Below are positions 37,639 to 46,176 of a DNA stretch of 64,000 nt, piece by piece. A model generated the notes under the pieces. It did not search any database, was not told the DNA's origin, and saw only the letters and a program-made list of their open reading frames with translations. Within the stretch, counting starts at the first letter, position 1. Each line of letters opens with the position of its first letter. The position numbers were made by a program, and so were the translations under genes. Origin of the DNA: Pelagibacterium sp. (GTDB taxonomy: Bacteria > Pseudomonadota > Alphaproteobacteria > Rhizobiales > Devosiaceae); contig NZ_JBLXCL010000009.1 of NCBI RefSeq assembly GCF_048264985.1, positions 3,953 through 67,952 of the forward strand, read 5' to 3'.

Positions 37639-39168
37639 ATGGAAGTGCCCAATTGGTTTGCGCCCGCGGGACGCCGTTTCGAGCCTGAAGCCGATGTGTG
37701 TCTGATCGCTGAAGGGTGCTACCCCTATGTTTCAGGTGGCGTATCCAACTGGATCGACTGGCTGATCAGGACGCATCCTGAACTGACGTTCTCTGTGCTG
37801 GCGATTCTGCCCAGCGCTCCTCAGACCGAGCCGCGCTATGAACGGCCCGACAACCTCAAGGCAATTCATCACCTGTTGCTCGACGACAAGGGAAAGGGAC
37901 AGCGTCGGGCCTGGCCGGCGATGACGCCGCAATGGTACGCCGATACGCTGACTGCCATCCTCGACCGCGGTGATGCGCAAGGCTTTCAGGCGCTTCTTGA
38001 AAAGCTTGGCCCGGAAAGCAGGCGGCCTTCGGTTTCGACATTGCTCGATTCCCGCCAAGCCTGGCAGGCCCTGTCTTCCGGTTATGCCCGCATGCCGCAA
38101 ACAGCTTTCATCTCATATTTCTGGGCTTGGCGGGCACTGGCTGGCGGACTGCTGCGCACTCTGGTCAGCCCACTTCCCAGCGCGCGGCTCTATCATTCGG
38201 TTTCCACCGGCTATGCGGGCCTGGTTGCTGCGCGGGCGGCACATGATACCGGCCGACCCGTCATGATCACCGAGCATGGTATTTATTCCAATGAACGGCG
38301 TGTCGAGATCCTGATGGCCGACTGGATCAAAAACAGCATCGATACCGGGCTCGATTTTGCCGATGAGCGTCACGATGTGCGCGACTTCTGGGCCGACGCT
38401 TTCGAGAGTTTTGCGCGGATCGCTTATAGCGCCGCAGATGATGTGATCGCGCTTTACGGCGATAACAACGCATTTCAGCAAGCGTTGGGCGCCGACAGCC
38501 GAAAGCTCACCGTTGTGCCCAATGGCGTTGACGTCGACAGGTTCGAGACGTTGCCCATGCGCCAGTCGACGCGGCCCACTCTGGCATTTATCGGGCGCGT
38601 TACGCCCATCAAGGACGTTCAGACGTTCATCGATGTGGCCGAACGGGCAGCATCAAAAGTTCCCGGTCTGCGGGCGCTTATCATCGGGCCCATGGATGAA
38701 GATCCGGATTACGCACAGAGCTGCGTCGACGCCGTCAAAGAGCGTGGGCTTGGAGATATCATCACGTTTACCGGTCCCGTCGATGTCCGCGACTATATGG
38801 CTGAAATCGATGTTCTCATGCTGACTTCGATTTCCGAGGCCCTGCCGTTGGTCATACTGGAGGCTGGCGCTTCGGGCGTGCCGTGTATTGCAACCGATGT
38901 TGGCGCGTGTCGCGAAATCCTCGGTTGTCCTGGCAGCCCTGGGCAAGCGGCGGTGGCTGGTGTTGGCGGCATTGTCGCTCCGGTGGGTGATGTCGGTTCT
39001 CTGGTTTCCGCCGCCGTGCATATTCTCACCAACCCCATGGCGCGGGAACGGATGGGATCATCGCTGCGCGAAAAGGTGCGGACCCAATACCGGTCTGACA
39101 CCATAGCATCGGCCTATACGAGACTTTACGGTCGTCATCTTTCCCAAATTGCCAAGAGTGAGGTCTAA
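37639..39168 (+). CDS. pelF: GT4 glycosyltransferase PelF (DUF3492 N-terminus)
   Basis: DVCLIAEGCYPYVSGGVSNW, YHSVSTGYAG, ITEHGIY..ER, FIGRVTPIKDV, SISEALPLVILEA (EX7E). Confidence 0.9.
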   Translation: MEVPNWFAPAGRRFEPEADVCLIAEGCYPYVSGGVSNWIDWLIRTHPELTFSVLAILPSAPQTEPRYERPDNLKAIHHLLLDDKGKGQRRAWPAMTPQWYADTLTAILDRGDAQGFQALLEKLGPESRRPSVSTLLDSRQAWQALSSGYARMPQTAFISYFWAWRALAGGLLRTLVSPLPSARLYHSVSTGYAGLVAARAAHDTGRPVMITEHGIYSNERRVEILMADWIKNSIDTGLDFADERHDVRDFWADAFESFARIAYSAADDVIALYGDNNAFQQALGADSRKLTVVPNGVDVDRFETLPMRQSTRPTLAFIGRVTPIKDVQTFIDVAERAASKVPGLRALIIGPMDEDPDYAQSCVDAVKERGLGDIITFTGPVDVRDYMAEIDVLMLTSISEALPLVILEAGASGVPCIATDVGACREILGCPGSPGQAAVAGVGGIVAPVGDVGSLVSAAVHILTNPMARERMGSSLREKVRTQYRSDTIASAYTRLYGRHLSQIAKSEV

Positions 39169-39171
39169 AAA

Positions 39172-40566
39172 ATGGCCGGCATCGGATTTGCTCTCACCAA
39201 ACTGCGCAGCCAGAACAATCTGGCCGGACATTCCATGGCAACTGGCCATGCCATCATGGTCACTGCGGGACCGTGGATCGTGATAATGATCGGGCTGGCA
39301 CTGATCTCCTGGCTTGGCGCTCCATTGGTCGGGCTCGAGATGACCACGACGTTCAGGGTGCTGGTGATCTATTGTTTTGCCCTTTCCCTTGTCGTTACAG
39401 CGCCGATTGCGCTCGAGCTTAATCTGCGGGTTTCTGCTGAACTTTATGAGCGCCATTTCGACCGTGTTCATGGGATCTATATGGGCGCGCTCGGCGTAGC
39501 TGCCCTGATTACCGTCTTTCTTGCCTGGCTTCTGTTTTCCGTGATCATCGGGCTTGATATGCAAACGGCGACTGCCGCAACGTTCTGCGTATTGCAGGTT
39601 TCCTTGCTGTGGCTGACCATGTCGATGGTCGCTGCGATCCGGCAATATACGATCGTCACAACCGGCTTTACCATGGGGTTGAGCGTTTCGGTGGTGCTGG
39701 GACTATCTTTGGCCAGCCTTGGATATGGCGTTGCGGGTTTGCTGGCCGGATTTGGCGCAGGCCTGTTTCTGGCCTTCGCCATTTTGCATGGATTGATCGT
39801 GCAGACCTTTCCGGGACGGATCAAACCGCTGACCGAAAGCATTCGCGGGCTGATCGCGCACCCGATGCGTTCACGCACTTTCGTGATTGCCGGCCTGACC
39901 AGTGCGCTCGCCGTATGGATCGACAAGCTGGTGGTCTGGCAGTCATATGAAGGCACCGCCATTGCGCACGGCCTTATCCACGCGCCGCGATACGACGTTC
40001 CAATGTTTATCGCCTATCTTTCGATAGTGCCCCTGATGAGCATCGTTTCGATCTGGCTGGAAACTGACTTTTTCACTGCCTATCGGAAGTATCGCGACAT
40101 CGTTCATTCGGGCGGAACGCTGCGCCACATCGATGCCCAGCGCACTGCAATCACCTGGCAAACGACCAATACGATATTTTCGGCATTTGTCATCCAGATC
40201 ACAATCAGCCTTGTGCTCGCCCTCGCCGGACCGTGGATTGTGAGCCTGCTTGGGCTGGGCCTGGAAACCTTGCAGGTCTTGCGGCTCGCTTTGATCGGAG
40301 CCGCGTTTCACTTTCTCTTTCTCGCCTGTATCGGCGTCATCTTGTTCATGCAGTACGGCCGCGCCTACTTCCTGCTCCAGATCGTGTTTCTCGTCCTCAA
40401 TGGCGGGCTGACCTATCTGCTGCTTTCCAACCCGGACGCCTTGGGGTTGGGCTACGTGATCGCGACCGGGGCAGCCGCCATCCTCGCTTACGGGGTGATG
40501 GTCAATACGCTCAAGGTGATGAACCGCCTCACATTTGTCGACAACAATCCGGCGGTTGCAGGCTAA
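39172..40566 (+). CDS. pelG: Pel exopolysaccharide transporter PelG
   Basis: MAGIGFALTKL N-terminus, TAGPW, WIDKLVVW, PRYDVPMFIAYLS, LETDFF; about 12 TM helices. Confidence 0.9.
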   Translation: MAGIGFALTKLRSQNNLAGHSMATGHAIMVTAGPWIVIMIGLALISWLGAPLVGLEMTTTFRVLVIYCFALSLVVTAPIALELNLRVSAELYERHFDRVHGIYMGALGVAALITVFLAWLLFSVIIGLDMQTATAATFCVLQVSLLWLTMSMVAAIRQYTIVTTGFTMGLSVSVVLGLSLASLGYGVAGLLAGFGAGLFLAFAILHGLIVQTFPGRIKPLTESIRGLIAHPMRSRTFVIAGLTSALAVWIDKLVVWQSYEGTAIAHGLIHAPRYDVPMFIAYLSIVPLMSIVSIWLETDFFTAYRKYRDIVHSGGTLRHIDAQRTAITWQTTNTIFSAFVIQITISLVLALAGPWIVSLLGLGLETLQVLRLALIGAAFHFLFLACIGVILFMQYGRAYFLLQIVFLVLNGGLTYLLLSNPDALGLGYVIATGAAAILAYGVMVNTLKVMNRLTFVDNNPAVAG

Positions 40567-40603
40567 CCCCCCGCAGCCGTCACCATAACTGAGGAAAATT
40601 GCA

Positions 40604-41140
40604 GTGAACGTACATGCTCAAAATACCGCCAGTCCAAGAATGCTGCTGGGGGAAACCGGCAGCGGTCCTTCCAATCACTGGGTCGGCGTGGTTGAAGGCG
40701 CGGTTATGATTGGGGGTTTGTTTGCAGTTGAACGCTTGGGGTTGCTCGACCTCCAGATGCTGCCCATCCACCCATTGGTCCTTGCCGTTGCTCTTATCGC
40801 TGCCCAGTACGGAGCATCAGGCGGCATCATGGCTGCAGCGATGGCCACGGCTCTTGCTCTATTGGGTGGCACCTTGCCTCAAAGAGTGATTGGCGAGGGA
40901 TATTTCGAATATCTCGCTGCTGTCTGGACCACGCCATTGGCCTGGTTGGTCATTGCGGTAACGGTGGGAATAATTTCGGACGGGCACAGGCGCTTGCTGC
41001 AGCGGTCCGAGCTGGCTCTGTTTGAAGTCAAGAAAGAGCGCGATCTGATTGCGGCGCAATACGAGGCTTTGGCCGCCCGTGCCAAGCGGCTTGAACGCCG
41101 TGTGGCGGGGATTGAAGGCCCGGCTTCTGCACTCAAGTGA
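40604..41140 (+). CDS. PelD-like membrane protein consisting only of the N-terminal TM domain and coiled coil (no GAF/GGDEF)
   Basis: HPLVLAVALIAAQYGASGG, four TM helices, and a coiled coil ending ERDLIAAQYEALAARAKRLERRV; 178 aa. Confidence 0.55.
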   Translation: MNVHAQNTASPRMLLGETGSGPSNHWVGVVEGAVMIGGLFAVERLGLLDLQMLPIHPLVLAVALIAAQYGASGGIMAAAMATALALLGGTLPQRVIGEGYFEYLAAVWTTPLAWLVIAVTVGIISDGHRRLLQRSELALFEVKKERDLIAAQYEALAARAKRLERRVAGIEGPASALK

Positions 41141-41243
41141 AAACGGCGCAGCGTCAATATCGTAGAATCACTAGTGGAAGAACCGGAATTTATTAACAAA
41201 TGTTTAACGCCCATACTCCTGGCAACAGGGAAGGGACAAGCAA

Positions 41244-41891
41244 ATGTTGATGCATAAGGAGTTCTCCAATCCTACGACCATTGTCGGAGCCGCCGGGTAT
41301 CTGGGCCTTATTGGCAGTACCAAACTCGGCGGTACGACCCGGCATCGGGAAAAGGAACTGATCTATGCACAGGGGGATGAAGCCGGAGACATCTATATCG
41401 TCGAATATGGCTGTGTGCGCGTTTCGCGGATAACGCCAGAGGGGCGGCGCCTCGTGACCGGCTTTTACTTCGCCGGTCAAGTTTTCGGTTTCGAGACGGG
41501 TGGCGAGCGGCAATGCTATGCGGAAACGCTTGAATATTCCGGCACGCGCAGATTGCAACTGGATGACAGGGATCTGGCCAACCCCCTGATTGCCGAAATG
41601 CTGTTTGGCTATCTCGAGAGCATACACCAGCATCTTCTGGTTCTCGGTACACAGAATTCAATTGAACGGGTCGCTGCGTTTCTTGTGGGGATCGCCGACA
41701 GGCGCGAAGATGGTAGCAACAAGGCTCGATTGCCGATGTCGCGCTGCGATATCGCAGATCATCTTGGACTGACACTGGAAACAGTGTCGCGGGCAATTCA
41801 CCGCCTACAGGTCCTCAAGCTGATAACGCTCGTCGGCGCACGTGAAGTCATATTGCTCGATAGAACCGCCCTGATTGAACTGGGCGCATAA
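41244..41891 (+). CDS. fixK: Crp/Fnr-family regulator, FixK type
   Basis: IYAQGDEA, GRRLVTGFYFAGQVFG, ERVAAFL, and recognition helix LPMSRCDIADHLGLTLETVSR (FNR-type E..SR); no N-terminal Fe-S cysteine cluster. Confidence 0.88.
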   Translation: MLMHKEFSNPTTIVGAAGYLGLIGSTKLGGTTRHREKELIYAQGDEAGDIYIVEYGCVRVSRITPEGRRLVTGFYFAGQVFGFETGGERQCYAETLEYSGTRRLQLDDRDLANPLIAEMLFGYLESIHQHLLVLGTQNSIERVAAFLVGIADRREDGSNKARLPMSRCDIADHLGLTLETVSRAIHRLQVLKLITLVGAREVILLDRTALIELGA

Positions 41892-41920
41892 GCTGGCTCG
41901 GGCTTGGTGTCGCCCGGGTA

Positions 41921-41960
41921 GCGTGCTGAGATAAATCGACCTCTGCCTATCTCAGCACGC
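41921..41960. terminator. 13-bp perfect hairpin between the convergent fixK and fixJ genes
   Basis: GCGTGCTGAGATA at 41921-41933 and TATCTCAGCACGC at 41948-41960. Confidence 0.65.
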
Positions 41961-42013
41961 CCTGCCTCTGTTGGCTGTTTGATTAAATCAACATCGTCAC
42001 ATCTTTGCGCATT

Positions 42014-42646
42014 TCAATCTCCGCCCTGATACTGGTCGGAACCTTGAACCGCAGTCCTGACCAGCTCGGCAAGACTGTGGGCGTGCATCTTGGTCATGAT
42101 CGTTGCGCGATAAACTTCGACTGTGCGTGGGCTAAGACCCAGATCTCTGGCGATTTCCTTGTTCGCCAACCCGTCAACTACGCCGTCAAGAACCTGTCGT
42201 TCGCGCGCGCTGAGGGAGTCCAGTTTCGCCCGCGCTGCCTGCCGAAGGCTGCGAACGTGGTTTTCTTCCTGTGCTGCAGCGCATACCCGGGCGAGTGTGG
42301 CGAGTATCGTTGCTTCGCTGAACGGCTTTTCGATGAAATCGCTTGCCCCCGCCTTCATCGCATCGACGGCTGCAAGCACATCGCCATGACCAGTGACCAC
42401 GACAACCGGCAGCGCGTGTCCTTCGGCCCGCAGGTGATGCAGCAGCTCTATCCCACTCATTCCGGGCATGCGCAGGTCGGTAATCAAGCAAGCATCATCG
42501 AGATTGTCCACGGCGTCGAGAAACTCGCCGGCTGAAGCATATTTGCGCGAGCGCCAGCCAGAGGCCGCGAGCATGAACGAAAGCGACTGACGCACCGGTT
42601 CTTCATCGTCGACGATGTGGATCAGGAAGTCACTGGGCATGGGCAT
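42014..42646 (-). CDS. fixJ: FixJ-type response regulator (REC + LuxR HTH); alternative start 42640
   Basis: IHIVDDEEPVRQSL, ITDLRMPGMSG, AVDAMKAGASDFIEKPF, LSARERQVL...NKEIARDLGLSPRTVEVYRA. Confidence 0.9.
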   Translation of the reverse strand: MPMPSDFLIHIVDDEEPVRQSLSFMLAASGWRSRKYASAGEFLDAVDNLDDACLITDLRMPGMSGIELLHHLRAEGHALPVVVVTGHGDVLAAVDAMKAGASDFIEKPFSEATILATLARVCAAAQEENHVRSLRQAARAKLDSLSARERQVLDGVVDGLANKEIARDLGLSPRTVEVYRATIMTKMHAHSLAELVRTAVQGSDQYQGGD

Positions 42647-44093
42647 CAATCTCTCGGTCAACCAAGGGAAGGGTGAATGTAAAAACTGTTTCCTTGCCCG
42701 TTATCGAGCGGGCCTCTATCGCACCTCCATGTGCTTCGATAATGCGTTTTGAAATCGAGAGGCCAACCCCCATGCCTCTTCGTTTCGTCGATACGAATGC
42801 CTTGAATATTTCCTCGCCGAATTCTGGTGGAATGCCATGCCCGGTGTCGCTGAGTTCGATGCGGGCAAACCTGTCGTTCTGGCGCGTCCGTATAGTGATG
42901 ATCTTGCGTTCGCTGGCCTGCACCGCATCGGCAGCATTGCGCAAGAGATTGACGATTACCTGCTGGATCTGGGTGGGGTTACCTAAAGCCTCTAATGGCC
43001 CGGGCGAGAGGTTCAGCTCGATGAGGATGCCATCTTCTCTGGTGCCGGCCAGCGCCAGCGCCATTGCACCTTCGATCAGTGTGTTGACGTCGACGATCTC
43101 TTTGTCGATTTCGCCCTGTGCCATGAAAATTCGCAGGTGATGGATAATGTCGCCCGCACGCAGGGCCTGGGTTGCGGCAGCGGCAAGAGATTCGCGTAGC
43201 GCTGGAAGCATGGCGGGGTCAAAGAGCTCAAGCATGCGCTTGGCGCCTTGTACATAATTGCTGATCGCCGAAAGCGGTTGGTTGATTTCATGGGCAAGCG
43301 CTGAAGCCATTTCGCCCATTTCGCTCATTCTGGAGAGCCGAGCCAGTTCTGCCTCGGTCTGCTCGAGCCGCGTTGCTGCCCGTTCTCGCTCAGTCATGTC
43401 GCGCGCAAAAGCAATGAAAAGAAGGCCCTCACCGGTGGTGATCCTGACGACGTCGATGCTCATGGGAAACGTGGTGCCATCGCTACGCTTGCCGCGCAGC
43501 AGGCGGTTGCGTCCGATGAAGCGGGCAAAGCCCGTTGATGGGTATTCGGCCGTGCTGTTGCGGTCAGGCAAATGAGGCGATGCCATAAGGATATGCACGT
43601 TGCGAGTCATGACGACTTTCTCGCGATACCCAAACAGCCGTTCTGCAGCGGCGTTGAAAGACACGATCTCGCCGCTCGGCTTGCTCGCTATCGTTGCATC
43701 AGAAATGGTGTCCAGGATGGCCTGCAGATAGCTTTCTCGTCGTAGTAGCAGCCGGGTGGCCATTAGCGCCTTTATGCGCTCTTCCCGCAGCACGCCTCCC
43801 AGCCAGGCAATCCCAAAACCCACACCGGCAAAAAGGACAAGGTCAGGTCCCTGGGACGTACTCTCATCTACTGTGAAGAAATAGACCAGCGGCAGAGCGA
43901 GGACCATCGTGAACACGCCGGGCGCCATTCCGCCCATGCCGGCAGCAAGCAATATTGCCAGAGCGAAGAACAGTCCGCTAAACGAGGATGTGAAAACCGG
44001 GGTAATAGCAAGCTTTATGGTACTAACAAGGATTAGTCCTGCCAGCCCGACCAAGTATGCGAATATAATGTCCTTCGGCAGCCCCATAACCAC
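42630..44093 (-). CDS. fixL: FixL-like membrane PAS sensor histidine kinase
   Basis: N-terminal TM domain, PAS (FNAAAERLFGY...GKRSDGTTFPM), H-box LAHEINQPL, NLLRNA, DTGHGI, GMGVGLSIS. The heme-proximal His position is not conserved. Confidence 0.78.
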   Translation of the reverse strand: MVMGLPKDIIFAYLVGLAGLILVSTIKLAITPVFTSSFSGLFFALAILLAAGMGGMAPGVFTMVLALPLVYFFTVDESTSQGPDLVLFAGVGFGIAWLGGVLREERIKALMATRLLLRRESYLQAILDTISDATIASKPSGEIVSFNAAAERLFGYREKVVMTRNVHILMASPHLPDRNSTAEYPSTGFARFIGRNRLLRGKRSDGTTFPMSIDVVRITTGEGLLFIAFARDMTERERAATRLEQTEAELARLSRMSEMGEMASALAHEINQPLSAISNYVQGAKRMLELFDPAMLPALRESLAAAATQALRAGDIIHHLRIFMAQGEIDKEIVDVNTLIEGAMALALAGTREDGILIELNLSPGPLEALGNPTQIQQVIVNLLRNAADAVQASERKIITIRTRQNDRFARIELSDTGHGIPPEFGEEIFKAFVSTKRRGMGVGLSISKRIIEAHGGAIEARSITGKETVFTFTLPLVDREIDAHAQ

Positions 44094-44291
44094 AGCAGCA
44101 TCCGGTTTCGAGATGCAAATTAAAATTTTGTCAGAAAGGCAGCAAGTAAAATTAAAATGAGAGGAGTGATCTCGAACCAGCAGCGAGAACTATCAAATGG
44201 CCGGCTGAGCGTCGAACCTGCGAGACAGCCAGACGCGGGCCCCAGTTTTGAACTCTAGGTGGGGCAGTGCGTACGCCTGGCTCGAGCCGAT

Positions 44292-44699
44292 CTAGTTGCT
44301 GCCGCTAAACAGGCGAGTGGCAAAATAGCCTGCAGTTGCTGCGGTGCCGGTCAGGGCGGCACCCCAGATGATATCGATGATTGTGACGCTGACAGACCAG
44401 TTCTTTATCGTTGCTAGGTTTGTCATATCATAGGTGCCATAGGCGACAAGGCCGAGGATGGCGCCGGCGAGCAGCGCCTGGGTCCAGTTGCCCGACTGCA
44501 TGGCTGGCGCAACGGCGAAATAGACAATCCCGCCGATATAGAAGAGGTAGAACGCTCCGGCTGCCGCAAGGTTGGGCTGGTCGAGCAGGACATGGCCGAT
44601 CTGCTCACGATAAAAGCCAAAGGCGACGCGCGAGAGCCAAATATAGTCAATTGCGAAAAAGACAATGGCTGTGCCGATATAGGCGACAACGTAAGGCAT
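44292..44699 (-). CDS. DUF2177 family membrane protein
   Basis: IDYIWL, FYLFYIGGIVYFAV, GLVAYGTYDMTNLATIKNWS...DIIWG. Confidence 0.85.
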   Translation of the reverse strand: MPYVVAYIGTAIVFFAIDYIWLSRVAFGFYREQIGHVLLDQPNLAAAGAFYLFYIGGIVYFAVAPAMQSGNWTQALLAGAILGLVAYGTYDMTNLATIKNWSVSVTIIDIIWGAALTGTAATAGYFATRLFSGSN

Positions 44700-44707
44700 G
44701 TGATCCC

Positions 44708-45364
44708 TCATATCCCCAGCACAGGCTGGAACAAGCGTACGATCCAACTCTTGAACTTGAGCGGTGCTTCGGTGACGGCAAGGCAGATGCAATCGGCATC
44801 CGTGGTGGCTATCGGCTGATGGGTAAGATCGCCGCCGGCAATTTCGATGTCGCCACGTGTGAAGGTTCCGTCCGCGTCGCTGAAGGCGCCGGAGAGAACC
44901 AGCGTCATCTCCATGCCGCTATGGGTATGCTCGGGAACTGGCTGACCGGCAGGAATGCGCAACAGGCGCGCTACAGAACGGCCATCGCGTGTAGGAATAA
45001 CAAACTGAGCAGCGCCCGGCATTGCTTTCCACCGAATGACGTCGACATCCGAACCTACGTATGAGCGTAACGGCTCGGGCAGGATCGGAGCTGAACCCGG
45101 TTTGCCCCGACGTACCGGCTTTGCCTTGGGCAATGGAGCGCTAGCAATGCGCGTGCTGAGCGCCTGCCAACTGGCGTCCACATCTGGAGAGGGCTCAATA
45201 GTATCGAGCAGTGCGCCCCCGGCGCCTTCCATCATGGCATAACGCTCACGGCAGTCCGGGCAGACTGCAAGATGGGTGGCGACGGCCAGCGAAAAACCTT
45301 CCGATAGGGTGCCGGCGGCATGCGCGAGCAGAATATCGTCGTCAAGATGGTGGACGATGCTCAT
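44708..45364 (-). CDS. chrR: Anti-sigma factor ChrR (ZAS + cupin)
   Basis: HHLDDDILLAHAAG, THLAVCPDCR (HxxxCxxC), PEHTHSGMEMTLVLSG, DIEIA...HQP...CICL. Confidence 0.92.
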   Translation of the reverse strand: MSIVHHLDDDILLAHAAGTLSEGFSLAVATHLAVCPDCRERYAMMEGAGGALLDTIEPSPDVDASWQALSTRIASAPLPKAKPVRRGKPGSAPILPEPLRSYVGSDVDVIRWKAMPGAAQFVIPTRDGRSVARLLRIPAGQPVPEHTHSGMEMTLVLSGAFSDADGTFTRGDIEIAGGDLTHQPIATTDADCICLAVTEAPLKFKSWIVRLFQPVLGI

Positions 45365-46050
45365 GAGCGGTCCTCCAGCGCCGTACGCAGTTTGGAAAAA
45401 GCAAGCCTGATGCGAGATTTAACCGTGCCGAGCGGGAGGCCCAGCTTTTCCGAAATGGATCCGTGCGATGCCTCCTCAAAGAACGAGAGCTTTAAAAGCT
45501 CAAGTTGTTCGGGGGGAAGTTTTTCCATCGCTCGGTGCAGCCTGTCGGCGTCTTCGTTCATGTCAAAGGCAGCGTCAGCCGGTTTGATCTCTGTCGGTAT
45601 GAAAGCGGGATCGTTGGGATCAAAATCTGGACGATTTGACTTGCGCCAATGGTCGATGCGCTGGTTGCGCGCGATGGTAAAAATCCACGTGGAGACATTG
45701 CCCTTGTCCGGGCTGTATTGCGCGGCCTTGTTCCAGACCGCCACCATGGTTTCCTGCATCAATTCCTCGGCAAGCTGCCCGTCGCGCGAGAGTTTGGCCA
45801 TGTAGGCGCGTACCCGCGGGCCATAATAGCGGAACAGCTCTTCAAATGCGGCCACATCACGGGAGGTGGCGACGGCGAAAAGCTTCTGGCGCATCAAGAT
45901 GTTGAGCGCCTTTTTGTCATTGGGATCGACGGCCATCTTGTCGGTACGCGCAACTCCTCTGGGGGCCGGGCGCACAGCAATATTGTGCTGCGCCGCCAAG
46001 GGCCCGCGAGTTTGGCACGGGGCCGCATCGATGGAAAGGACTGTCGTCAT
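45361..46050 (-). CDS. rpoE: ECF sigma factor RpoE (ChrR-paired, group ECF11)
   Basis: AFEELFRYY, AEELMQETMVAVWNKA, TWIFTIARNQRID, LPLGTVKSRIR. Start placed at ATG 46050 because a sigmaE-type promoter lies at 46060-46085. Confidence 0.85.
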   Translation of the reverse strand: MTTVLSIDAAPCQTRGPLAAQHNIAVRPAPRGVARTDKMAVDPNDKKALNILMRQKLFAVATSRDVAAFEELFRYYGPRVRAYMAKLSRDGQLAEELMQETMVAVWNKAAQYSPDKGNVSTWIFTIARNQRIDHWRKSNRPDFDPNDPAFIPTEIKPADAAFDMNEDADRLHRAMEKLPPEQLELLKLSFFEEASHGSISEKLGLPLGTVKSRIRLAFSKLRTALEDRS

Positions 46051-46059
46051 GCCTCGATC

Positions 46060-46085
46060 TACGGCGGCTCGAACCGGGCAGATCA
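46060..46085 (-). promoter_or_regulatory. Autoregulatory sigmaE(ECF11)-type promoter of rpoE-chrR
   Basis: Minus strand TGATCT-N15-CCGTA, resembling the Rhodobacter sigmaE TGATCC...CGTA motif. Confidence 0.65.
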
Positions 46086-46116
46086 CCTAGCAGAAAAGAA
46101 AAATCTCGTTTTGAGT

Positions 46117-46142
46117 GCATCCGATTGGGAGTCTGGCACGTA
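46117..46142 (+). promoter_or_regulatory. Divergent sigmaE-type promoter of the FAD oxidoreductase-DUF1365 operon
   Basis: GCATCC-N15-ACGTA, same spacing as the divergent site. Confidence 0.55.
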
Positions 46143-46176
46143 CCTTACTGGAACTCAAACAAGGACAAGCCGACCC

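Noticed and set aside
41979-41991. FNR box TTGATTAAATCAA
   Set aside because: It has a 3-nt spacer and lies between convergent gene ends, not in a promoter.
23890-44290. Pel/T1SS block as a transposon or ICE
   Set aside because: No transposase, integrase, terminal inverted repeats or target duplication were seen, so mobility cannot be claimed from this window.
45649-46176. 176-codon N-terminal extension of the FAD oxidoreductase
   Set aside because: It is antisense to rpoE and upstream of the gene's own sigmaE-type promoter; the Rossmann motif begins just after ATG 46177.
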